In this document: piece after piece, positions 39,256 to 50,500 of the stretch
Layout: each line of letters opens with the position of its first letter
How positions within the stretch are numbered: position 1 is the first letter of the stretch
Assembly: GCA_965178125.1 (NCBI GenBank)
Contig: OZ237753.1
Span: forward strand, 744,001-808,000
DNA: 64,000 bases
From: Bilabrum cf. latius
Taxonomy: Eukaryota
Direction of reading: 5' to 3'
Notes under the pieces: generated by a model
Told to the model about the DNA's origin: nothing
The model's database searches: none
Seen by the model: only the letters and a program-made list of their open reading frames with translations
Translations under genes and position numbers: made by a program

Positions 39256-40710
39256 ATGCGATCCTCGTTTGCCATACGCGCTGCTCGGTAGGCGCGAGCG
39301 CTTGCATTCTCAAGGTGTCTCCGTAAGGTCCCAGCTACGCTGCCAGTGCCAAGATAGCTGAGCTCGCAAGCAGGACAAGCGCCCCAATTGAGTGAAGAGC
39401 AGCAAGCAAAAGCTGAGAAGCTCAGATCAGATATTCTATCAAAGCTAACGAAACGCGACGAGGAGCTGGATGGAATGTTCAGCGACAGCGCACAGGCTGC
39501 TGCGGGCTCCAGCGGGGAGCCGATCGATCCACACCACAGGTTTCTCGCGACGTACTACTCGCACCGACACACTGAATACGTACTTCCTGCGCTTCGAAGG
39601 TTTTACGCTGATCCTGTGACGGCCCAGTGGCCAGGCAGGCGTGCGATGCTAGTTGCCTTTACGGCCGAGGTTCTGCAGCGCTTCTCTGAGGTTGAGCTCG
39701 GTGATTTTTTCTTCAGGGCCATGTACAGCCATTCGGTGCCTCCGATTTACATGCTAGCGTCGCTTCGCCTTGCGGCGGCGTCGGGAGACACCGTGGCAGG
39801 CCGGAAGCCTGCGCCTGCCCAGGCTGGTGACGCAGGTGGGCCCGATGTCAGCAAAGCGAGCGGCGGGGGCGGGCTCCTGGACCACGCCCAGCGCCTCCAT
39901 AGCATGCTGCAGAAGGCCCCCGGCACGCCCGAGGAGGAAGCGGCCGTAGCGAACGCGAACGCGACGCCAGTCCACAAGCTGCTGGTGCCTCACGTCGACT
40001 CCGATCGGGATCAGTTCGCCAAGGAGGGCCGCGAGGGCGGGGGAGGGCTCGACGTGTTCCCCGTGCTGGCCCAGCTGCGCATGGCCAGCGGGCCCTTCGG
40101 GGCGAGCGCCGCCCCGCCCGCCGGTGCTGTCCGTGCCACCAGCGCGTACTGCCTGCAGGCCGGGCTGTGCGTCGTGGATGCTCACCTCGGGGCCTTCTAC
40201 GCGTCAGGAGATGCAGGCACGTTCATTGGATCGTTGCTTGAGGCTGCCCTTCCCTGGGGTGATGACCTGAGCGAGAGGGGCGTGACCCAGTGCCTGCCGC
40301 TGCTGCAGTCGCATGGCGTGCCTCTCCCCGGGGATGTGACGAGTGCGCTGGAGGGGGAGGACGTCGTGGCGGCAGAAAAGGCCATCCGGTTCGCGCTGGG
40401 AAGGTATGCGGCCCAGGCCCTGCTGTCGGTGGCCTCCCAGCACGAGAGCGCGGCCCGCGTGCTTCTCGGGCGTCTGGAGTCGCTCGCGCCTGCGATGGGT
40501 GGCGATGCGTGGCTTGGGACGGGGGGCGGGTCGCTGGAGGTGGACGAGAGGCGGGCGATGGAGCTGCTACCGGCCCTGGCGATGCTGCTCGCCAGGGGGC
40601 GTGTGTCCGGCCAGCGGCCGACAGAGGAAGTGACCGCGGGCCTTGGAGGGGCCAGGGACCGAGAAATTGGCGCGGCAGCGGCAGAGGCGGCTGCATCTGC
40701 TCGATAGTAA
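39256..40710 (+). CDS. Hypothetical protein, probable mitochondrial presequence, ~484 aa
   Basis: MRSSFAIRAAR*ARALAFSRCLRKVPATLPVPR*LSSQ... runs in frame into ORF 39388-40707; ends CGA TAG TAA. No family recognised. Confidence 0.7.
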
Positions 40711-40855
40711 ATGAACGTAGTTCCTGTGTGTCCATTTTCTGCCTTACAGGTGCTTGCCTGGACTTTCTGGGACATTTCCTCGGATGTTGCATTTCCGGAA
40801 CCAGGAAACCTCCCGAGAATGTCCACACTGGTCCATTCAAGCGTCTCTCTCAAGC

Positions 40856-42625
40856 ATGGATATAAAAGCGATCTTTGAAAATTCGTTCGAGGTATTTAGG
40901 AAAGCAGAGGCATGCGCTGATGCTGGAAGGGACGATGAAGCTTTGGTTCTGTACCAGCGGGCGGCCAGCAGCTTAGTCCTGGTTGCTAGGCACTATGAGA
41001 AGGAAAGGCACACTCGAACGGACGATAGCATTTCACCATACCACTAGATGGCTCTAGAGTATTCAGACCTCTCTATTAAGCGAGCCGAAGCTATCAAGGC
41101 AAGACAGACGGGACCACACGTAGCGGGTGGAGATACTGGAGCAAAGACAAGCTCAGGTCCCCCACAGATCAAATCACCAAGCGGTGTTAGGGCTGCATTA
41201 GAGTCGGAAGCCTCTGTTGTGGTCCGGGCGAAAAGGGTGCTTGCTACGGCCGGCGATCTTCTCGAGAAGGCCGATGCAGCGTCTCGGCGAGGCAACGCAG
41301 CTACAGCCAAGTAGCTGTCCATACAGGCCGCCGAGCTGTGCATGAATTGTATTTAGGGACTCAACGCACATGTCAAGGCTGCTGGGGCGGCAGGCGGCGC
41401 TGCCTCACCTGGTTCGTCTCGAACGGTTCTTGAGGTGCGAGCCTCGATAGAATAGCTGTGCAGCGCGTGCCTTTCTCGAGCCGAGGCCTTATCGAACGCA
41501 ATACCATTCAGTGATCCTAAAACTACCGGAGAATTGCGCGCAAGCTCCAGCAGATAGCCTTCATAGGCCGAGATGCTGGCCTTGCTGCATCCGCCGAATG
41601 CGCTCATGCGAGCGGCGCTGGCGGCACAGGAAGATGCCGCGGCGGTGCGGCAGCGAGTGGCCGCAGGAGATTCTTCCTCCGCTCTATCCATCCACAACAC
41701 GAGCCTATCGGCCCTCGCTGAGACATGCGTCACCGTGCGAGGCGCGGCGGTGCCCCCTGGGGTCGACCCGCTCAGCCTGTACGATGTGTGCGTTGCCCGG
41801 TATCGCGCCTCGCTGGCGGCAAGGGACGCGATGGAAGCGCTTCTGAAAGAGGGAAATGTGGCCAGCAGCGTCTTGAAAGAGGTTGCCTCTAGGATTACGG
41901 GACTGCAATCGAGAGTGGCGTTGCAGCAAGCAGAGGGTGCAGTAAGCAGAGCAAGGCAAGAGATTGATGAGCTCCAGATCACCGCTCGTTGGGTGCACGT
42001 GCCCGTCGCTCCCGGGACTACTGCAGCAGGCGGCACTGCAAAAGCAGCAGACCCGGCTGCATCAGCAGCCACAGACCCTTCAAAGAGAGTCACGGTGGTG
42101 CCGGGGTTCGGTCCTGGTGTTGCGCACCCGAGGGAGGGCGTGGCGGGACAGGTGCCGAGCAAGAACCCAGAGCAGCTGGCATGGGAGGCAAAACAGCGGG
42201 CAGCGCTCGTGGAGGCCGCAGCAGCGGGCCCATCCACTGCGCCAGCCGCCCCTGATCTGCCAGCAGCTGGGCCTGAGAGCTGGCAGCAGCCACCAGCCGG
42301 CGCCACGGGAAAAGGCAGCATTGATGTGTACCCTGGTCCACCCGGCTATGCAGGGTCCGGGCCACCTGTCTATCCCAGCGGTGCTGCACCATCACCGGCT
42401 TCCTGGGGCCCTGGTCAGGTGTACGGGGCGGTGCCGCCGCCAGCAAGCGCTGGAGCCGGGCTGGCCAGTGGCACTGGGGCTGGAAGTTCGGGTGCTGCAG
42501 GGGATATGGCAAGCAAGGCAAAGTCGGTTCGTTCGGGGTCCAAACCGGGCTACACGGGTTCTTCAGGTGCGACTGGGACAGGAGGGGGGAAGGGAGCGGG
42601 TGCTGGCGACTGGACCATCGTGTGA
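40856..42625 (+). CDS. Protein with two MIT-like helical domains and a Pro/Gly-rich tail, ~589 aa
   Basis: 'FRKAEACADAGRDDEALVLYQRAASSL...SIKRAEAIK' and 'LLEKADAASRRGN...AAELC...CLSRAEAL'. Six in-frame TAGs between 41045 and 41566; ends TGA. Confidence 0.65.
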
Positions 42626-42785
42626 GAAAGGTGCGACTTGAATAGACTCATTGCAAGCTCTGTGCTCCCTGGGGCAAAACTAGTTGGATTCGGTGATGCG
42701 ATCCAAACCCGCGGCACCCGCTCGACGACCCCTCCTGCACAGTGAACTGAAGAAATATATCCGGATGTGCTGTGTGAGGTTGAAT

Positions 42786-45700
42786 TCAACTCACACCATC
42801 GTCGTCCACATCTCCCAAATCGAAGCCCGCTTCTTCCACTGTCGGACCGCCCTCACGGTCCTTTCCCCCCGGCCGTCCGCCCGGCTGCCGCCCGCCTCGG
42901 GCGGCTTGTTCGCCGCTCGCCCGCCTCGCCTAGGCGTCCCGCTCTTGCCTCCTCGCCGACACCATGCTGAGCGCCAGCCCGATCCTCGAGTCCATCGACT
43001 TAATCTCCTTGCGGAGGCCCCGGAGCGCCGACTTGAGCCGAACCACCGGCCCCGCATCGGTCGCGCGGCCCGTCCTATCCTCGAGCTCCCCACGGACCCG
43101 CTCCAGCTCCTCCAGCACAGCGACGCGCCGCTCCTGCCCCTCTCCAACCTCCCGCCTCAGCTGCCCCATCGCCTCCTCGGCAGCGCGCGCCCTGCCTCCC
43201 TCCTTGGCGTACCATTCAGGTGCAGTGGACCCGGCCTCACCGGCCGACCCCACGACAGGGAGGGAGTTGATCCTGCGCTCGCCCGCCCGTAGCCTCTCCG
43301 CGGTCCTGTCTGCCTCTGTTGCCACTCGCTGAAGCGCATCAAGGGCCTCGCTAAGAGGACCACCGGAGCCCGCACCCTGTTCTCTGGTCCTCCTCTTCCC
43401 GCCGCTTGCGCTTGCTCTTGCACCGAGACGTGCTCGCAGGTCACGGGCCTAGTCCGCGGCTGGAATCGTGGACAGGCCCTGCTCCATCCCACGCAGGGTC
43501 TTGCGCCAGGCGGACTAGTATCCAACCGCGCCCTAACCGCCCTTTAAACGCTCCCCACCGCTCACTTCCAGCTGCAGCGCACGCAGCAATGGCCAGACCC
43601 TCTCAACCTCAGCCGCCCACTCCAGCCGGTCCACATCGGGAGCACTGGCGAAGGCCGCTTCATCACCGCCGCCGCCTGGAACAGCGTCACTACCGTTGCT
43701 GCCAGCATCGCGCCGAGCACCCCTGCCTAGCACTTCCGCCTCTGCTACCTCCTCGTCGATTTCTGCCTGCCCAACGCCACCCTTGCCAAGTCGCACAGCA
43801 CCGGCACCTATGGACCCCGACTCGGGACCACCTACTCCAACGAAGCGACCGTCCTGGTACCACCCATCCTCGTCGCGATCTGCCCCGGTGTCATCCCCCT
43901 CTTCCACCTCCATGGGTGCGCCCGCGACCGGTTTTCTTGCACCACCCGTGGCTCCGAACCCTGCCGATGCCTCCAGCGACACCTCTCCTACGCCGCCTCC
44001 CCGTAGCCCCACGCCCTGATCCCCGTCCCCACCGGCGCCCAGCGGGACACCCGGCACACCAAGCGTAAACCCGCGAGCGTCCAGCACGCTAGATGCCAGC
44101 CAGTGCAGCATCCACACAAGTCCTTTGCCGAATCCCCGAGACAACTCCGTGGGGTTGCTGGCGGCGGGTGCCGTCGCCCGGTCGGGCGCTCCTGCTCGCT
44201 GCACGGCCAGCAGCATCGCGCGCGCCAGCTGCGCTGGAGGCACGTCATCGATGCTCCCGCCCTGCAGCCCAAGGGCCTCCGCAGCGTCTTCCCCCGACAC
44301 GTCCACATCCCCAGCACCGGCCATCGACTGGTCCACCGCCTGCGCCACGCGACGGAGGCGGAGCATCCAGCCACAGAGCGAGGCCGCCGCTGCCAGCTAA
44401 CGCGGGCCCCCCGCGGAGCCTGGGCGCGGCGGTGCCGCAGCCGCGAAGTGGAACGGCTCCAGTGCCCTGTCAGCCGCTGCATCGGACCCTGCATCCATGC
44501 CCCTCACGCCACCGTACCCCCCGAGCTCCAGCCCCAGGCCGCTGCCGCCCTTGTTCCCAGCCGTTCGTGTGCCCTCCCCCAGCACCTCCCTAGGCGGCAG
44601 GTCCACCGTCCATCGGTCCCGCGCCCCTAGGCACAGCAGCATCTCTCTCAGCTCCTGGGCCACCACCAGCAAGTCTGCCTCGGCCGGGGGCCCCTCCAAT
44701 GACATGAAGGAGCTGACGAACAGGGGTGGCCTGTCACGGGTCACGGCCCGGGGCCCTGGCCCCGTACCCGGCCTCCCAGCAGATGACGGGGCCATGGCCT
44801 GCATCCGGTGAGCGCTGGGGTCCTCGAAGACAGCTCTTGCCGATGGAGCAGCGGCCGGTGCGGCTGCCGGGGCGACTGCCCCTGCGCTGCCAGTTGCCCT
44901 GCGTGCCTCGGCTGCCACGACGGCAGCGGCGCTCCCTCTAGGCCTTGCCACGAGTCCCGAGCCCGCGCCAGGCACGGGCACAGGCATGGGGCCCAGGGGG
45001 ACCGGCGACCCTGCCGATACCGTGCTGCCTGCAGGGGGGGTGCCCGGGTTGCTATCGCCGACACCGATGCCGATGCCAGGGTGTTCGGATGCCGCGCCTG
45101 CCAGTCGGGGCGGGGATGCCGGGGGCTGACTGCCAGTGCGGCGATCTACCGGACGCGCTGAACCAGCACCAGCACCGTCTGTCCGGTGGCCCGCGGGAGA
45201 AACCGCTGCCGAGCCAGCGTCGCGGCTGGCGGCAGCGGATCCTGCTCCGTTCGGAGGAAGGCTAGGTCGGGTTGTCCCTGTTTCTTGTTGCTGTTGTTCT
45301 GCCTGCGCTCCCGACCCGGCGCGACCATCAACACCGCCAGCCTCGTTGCCTCGCCCGCTGCTGCCGCTGCCCCCTCCAGTTGCCGGGGTCGCCACCGGAG
45401 TGCCCTCGACGCGCCCCTTGGCCCCGCTCCCTCCATCACCACCCTTGCCCTCACCCTCGCCCTTGGTCTTCCCCTTCCCTGCAGCCCTCTGTCTCTCGGT
45501 GTACTCCCGCATGTACTCTGCCACCTCGAGCACCTCCTCAGCAGAGGGCCTGTCCGCTGGAGCCTGCGTGAGCATGGCGTCCACCAGCTTGCGCAGGGTG
45601 CTCGAGTACACGTCCGAGATGGGCGGGTATGTTCCCACCTGGATCTTCTTGAAGAGCTGAAAGAGGGAGAGGCCCTGCTCTTTGAAGGGGGAGCGAAGCA

Positions 45701-46716
45701 TCGCCAGCTCGTACAGCACACAGCCGAGGGACCAGACGTCGCTCTTGGCATCGTAGCCGCTTCCTTTGAGGACCTCTGCGCTCATGTACAGGGGCGTACC
45801 CACCTTACTGAACGCCTCGAGCGTGTTGTCGGAAAGGAACCGGCCGAGGCCGAGATCTCCGAGCTTCACGGTTCCGTCCAGAGTGAGGAAAATGTTGGCC
45901 GGCTTGATGTCGCGGTGGAGAACGCGATTTTCATGCATGTACGCGATCGCTCTGCATATCTAACAGAAGAATTTCCACACCACTCGTTCGTCGAATCGTG
46001 CATCGCGCTCGCGGGCCTTCCTTAGCTACCGCTTCAAATCGCCAGCCTCGGCGTACTCGAAAACCAAGTGCAGCTGATCTTCTTCAATAAACGATTCAAT
46101 ATATTCGATTATGTGGGGGTGCCGAAGAGATTGCACAAGGTCGATTTCTTTCAGGCACTTCTCGCTGCGATGACACTCAAAATCGGAAAATGCAAGCAGG
46201 GCAGCTGCAAGAGACGAGCCAAATATGAACGAGGCGGTTCGGGAGTTTAATTGTGGCACTCACCGGCTGCGATCATCCATCATGTCGAATATGCGGATCT
46301 TCTTCATCGCGACGAGCCGACCGTCCGAAAGCCGTTTCGCCCGATACACTACTGAAAACTTGCCTTTACCTGCATTCGCATGGGATTGTGGCCATTAATC
46401 GGGCAAAGTACTGTGCAGTGCGGACACAAATCTCGGTGGGCCCACGAATCGGGGGGCGGGCTATTCGATTCGCGTTCTGAACGAGGATCGCACAGACTCG
46501 ATTGAAAGACAGCGAAACGGTCTAACACTCACCTATTGGCTTCATAACATCGTACTCATTCAGCTTTCCGGTGCTCACGGGTACTCGAACCTTTCCATTC
46601 ATGCTGATTGCAGCCGACGGACGCTCATCGTGCTCGTGTCCTGCGTCTTCACAATGTATATCCGAGCCGTGCGCAACGCCTGCGTCCATTCTAGTAGGAT
46701 CACGAGCTTCTGACAT
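42786..46716 (-). CDS. NIMA-related (NEK6/7-like) kinase fused to a C-terminal IFT57-like region, ~1,222 aa; exons 46716-46533, 46369-46264, 46164-42786
   Basis: Kinase 'IGKGKFSVVY...VAMKK...HRDIKPANIF...KLGDLGLGRF...VGTPLYMSAE'. IFT57-like 'LSRGFGKGLVWMLHWLA', 'EWAAEVERVWPLL', 'TDAGPVVRLKSALRGLRKEIKSMDSRIG'. TAGs at 46026, 45960, 44397, 43533, 43515, 43449, 42930; ends TGA. Confidence 0.88.
46165..46263 (-). other. Spliceosomal intron (99 nt) in NEK gene
   Basis: GTGAGT...TCGCAG; the join gives MMDDRSR|EKCLKEIDL. Confidence 0.88.
46370..46532 (-). other. Spliceosomal intron (163 nt) in NEK gene
   Basis: GTGAGT...ATGCAG; the join restores the Gly-rich loop KPIG|KGKFSVVY. Confidence 0.88.
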
Positions 46717-47500
46717 GTCAACTCATGTTTATATCCGGAGAAACCACGCAATGCATGGCAAATTTGAGCGTTGGAGGATTTCGGCTACCTGTCAAGATTC
46801 ATGAACATTCACTAAAACACTCGTCACACTATTTACTACATTCTGATGATTTCTGCGGTGGGGACGCCCTCACTTTCCAGACAGGTTGAATCAGTCTTGG
46901 CTGCATCAATCTTGTCAGTTAGCTCAGAGAAGGTATCTAGGTACTATATCTGCTGGTTGATTGGCTTTTAAGCGAAGAAAATGCGCAACTTTGGGTAAGA
47001 TATCGATTCGGGGCCTGCGGTAATGTTTGACCCACCTCTCACCATGCACGGTTTGCCCTCAACGCCCGACAAGTTGAGCTTGATGGAACTTTTTGGTGTA
47101 CCAGTATGACATATATAAGTGTATTACAACCATAACTGGGGCATTGATGCTGCTTGCATGCTACATTGGGATGAAGTACCGCATGATACCTCAATCTTAC
47201 TAGGTGATACCCTTGCTTGCCATGTCTCGTAAATTTGAGGTATCATGCAAGGTTTACTTGGCTAATTGGAATTAATATATGTATGAGCACAAGTATATGT
47301 GCCAACATTGCCATTATTGCTGCTGCATGGGGGAAATGACCTGTTGGCTCTCCAGCGGAATACTGTCGACCCGCCTGTTCTCGGTCGCCATGATTGCTTT
47401 AAAGACACGAGTCTATGAGATTCCTGTAGTAAATTTGGAAATAAATGCCAATATTAATTTCAACTGTTGGTATCGCAGGCAAGTATTGGCCCGCAGCACT

Positions 47501-50500
47501 ATGGCACTAGTCGTGGCAGTGCTGGCGGCCTCCAGCTCGGCATCGGCCTGCACCGTCGACTTTACCGAGGTCGTGTACGAGATGAGCCACGACCTTGACG
47601 ACGTCACGCGCGCGATTGGTACTGTGGAAGCAGTGCCCGGGGACTCCACCGCGTTCGAGTCCGTGACTTACGCGATCACCGAGGGACAGAATTTCGGCGC
47701 TGGATTGGATGCGGTCGCCAACGCCTTCACCATCGACCCGGCCTCGGGAGAGATTACCGCCGTGGGCTCGCTGCCTGTTGTCGGCGGACTGTCTCACAAG
47801 ATAACGGTCAGGGCCACGGCCACGTGCGCGGGCGGCGTCACCGCTACCGGCTCCGTGGCCGTGGCGGCAAGGCTGCACCAAGCCGGCCCGTGCAGCATCG
47901 CGCAGGTCGAGGTGGGCGTGGCGGGACCCACGTGCGCAACTTCCAACACTGGGGGTGGCGTATTCTGCTGGGGCAACTGCGGCGCGGACGGCTCCCAGTG
48001 CGGCCTCCGCGACTCCCCGTACCTGAGCTCCAACGGTCGTGTGACAGAGCCGGAGATTTCGGGGGCCTTTGAGGGGCTGACCCCCCGGTCCTTCGAAGCC
48101 GCTGCCAGGAAGGTCACTTCGATCACCAGCGCAACTGGCAGCCGGGTGGCCTCATGCGCTCTGATGGGAGACAAAATCCGGTGCTGGGGCAACGGCGACT
48201 ACCTGCCGTACCCGAGCGGGGACGATGTGCCATCTCCTGCAGATGCACCCAACTACCCATACAACTTAGCGACCTCAAGCGACGACGTGAACGGGCGGTT
48301 CACCGACATTGAGGCAGGCGAGTCGGCGTTCTGTGCCACAAGGAGAGGGGGCTCCAGCATGATCTGCTGGGGAGCCACTGGTGGTAACCAGCTTGGAGCA
48401 GTCATCGATTCCGCTGTGACGCCCTTCTCGCACGGCTACTTGGAAACAGTGCTTGGAACCAGTAGCAGGCTTCAGATAGACGGTCTTGCGCTGGGAGATG
48501 GGTTCGCGTGCGGACAGGACGACTTACGAAACTTCAGAGACAACATATTCTGCATTGGACGCTCCCCTTGGGGATCTGCATCGGGCGGTCGAAGGAGGGT
48601 GGCAAACCTCCTCGGAAGTGCTGCTTCGGCTATCCAGGTACGCGACGTGTCTGCCAGCAAGAACCGCATGTGCGCGGTGCTTTTTGACCGCAGTGTGAGG
48701 TGCCTCACCCAGGTGGGCCAAGGTCTCGAGCTGAGCATCTTCCGCGGGCTGACTGGAGACCCCAATTCCATCGCTGCCGTGGACAGCGGGTTCTGCGTAG
48801 CCACCGCCGGCACTGCGGGCAGCTCAACGGTCCAGTGCGCTGTGAACGCTTCGTCGCGCGCGAGCCCAGGGGACGAAGAGGAGTTCAGCGTGAAGCTGCT
48901 GCCTGGTATTGCACAGTCTGGCCACAGCGCGAGTTACGTATCATTTATCGATAAGATGCAGACCCGTAGGCGCTCGAGCGCGGCAGATCACATATACGGC
49001 TTCATTGAGCCCTTCAGGTCGTTGCTCATCCTGCGGGTACAAGACTTCAATGTGCTGGAGCTGACAACTGACCTGTCAAACCGCCGTCGAGGGCGTGGGT
49101 AGATTCGTGCCTCCGACTTTGGCGATTCTGACGACGCTGCGAACCAGTTCGGCGCAGACACAGTGGTGGAGGACCTCGATGGAGACGGGCTCGATGACAT
49201 AATTGCAGGAGCTCCAGGCCTCGGTAACGGGGGCGTGTATGCTGCCGTTCTTCCGGCAGACATTCTCACGATCTCGACGGCAACATCATACTACAAGTAC
49301 CACACGGAGGCTTCCGTGGTTGCCGCAATGGGAACCGGTACTGGCCAGCGCTTTGGACAAGGAGTCTGCATCATCGAGCACGGGGCCAGCGACTTCTGGG
49401 TCGCTGCAGGCGGTCCAAGTGGCATTGACAGCTCTGGCGCGGCATCAGGCGCAGTCGTGATCTTCAATGTCGATCGCGCGACCCAGACGCCATCGGCCGC
49501 CGTGCGTATCGGAGCCGGCCAGGGCGGTCTATCTGTCAGTGGCCTCAAGGCTGGACACAGATTCGGACGGAGCGTGGCCTCCATGGGTGACATGGACGGG
49601 GATGGGATCCACGACATCGCCGTGGGCGCTCCCGGCCACGGCTCTAACGATGACGCCAGTGCAAACCCTGGTGCGGTCATTCTGCTGACCCTGACTTCAG
49701 CTCGCACAGTGAAGGCATCCCGTGTGCTGCTGCCAGGTGTGACTGCAGGCCTGCCTCAGCTGAGCGCGGGCAGCTTCTTTGGCGCATCCCTTGCTCGTGC
49801 TGGGTGCAGCTCAGTCAACGGTGATGCCCACGAGGACCTGCTGGTTCGCGTGCAGCTGAACCCGAACGGCGGCTTCGTCGCCGTATTTATGCCCCCAAGT
49901 CCCATGACAGACGCACTGCCAGCGCCGGGGTCGCGCTACTTCCAAGGTGCGGAGACAAGTCTCGGCAGAGTTCAAACTGGTCCATCGCAGCTGCTGTGCA
50001 AGCCACGCGGTGTGAATAAAGCTAGGGTGTATGCTGGTTGGTACAAGCGACCAGGTTACTTCATCGACATCGAGGGCGGCTCTGAGAGCCCCTACCAGGA
50101 CATGCAGTCGTACGACCAGCGTGCTGTGCAGCTGACCACCGATGGTACCGTTGAGCGCCTGTCGGGTGCAGGGTGCTAGTTCTGTGGGCTAGTCAACAAC
50201 CCCGGTATGCAGAAATCTGTCAGCTGCTTCGGGTGCGACGGGTACTCGTACACGTACAGCGGCGCCAACGTCACCGGAGGTCTGGGATACGGCTTCGGGG
50301 TATCAACAGTCGGCGGACCGTCGTTGGCCCAGCCTGCGATTGCGTACGGACCAGTGGACCTGAAGGCGAAAGTGTGCAGCTCGGTGCAGGCGCCAGTGTT
50401 CACCAAGTCCGGTCTACCTCGCATTACGGTCGAGGAGGGGTCGTCATCCGGCTGGACGACCATCCACAACAACGTCGTGGCCAGCGGCTCCAACTCGTAC

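Noticed and set aside
47279-47500. N-terminal extension of the giant gene from ATG 47279
   Set aside because: AT-rich and non-coding-like; the signal peptide begins at ATG 47501. A short upstream exon is not excluded.
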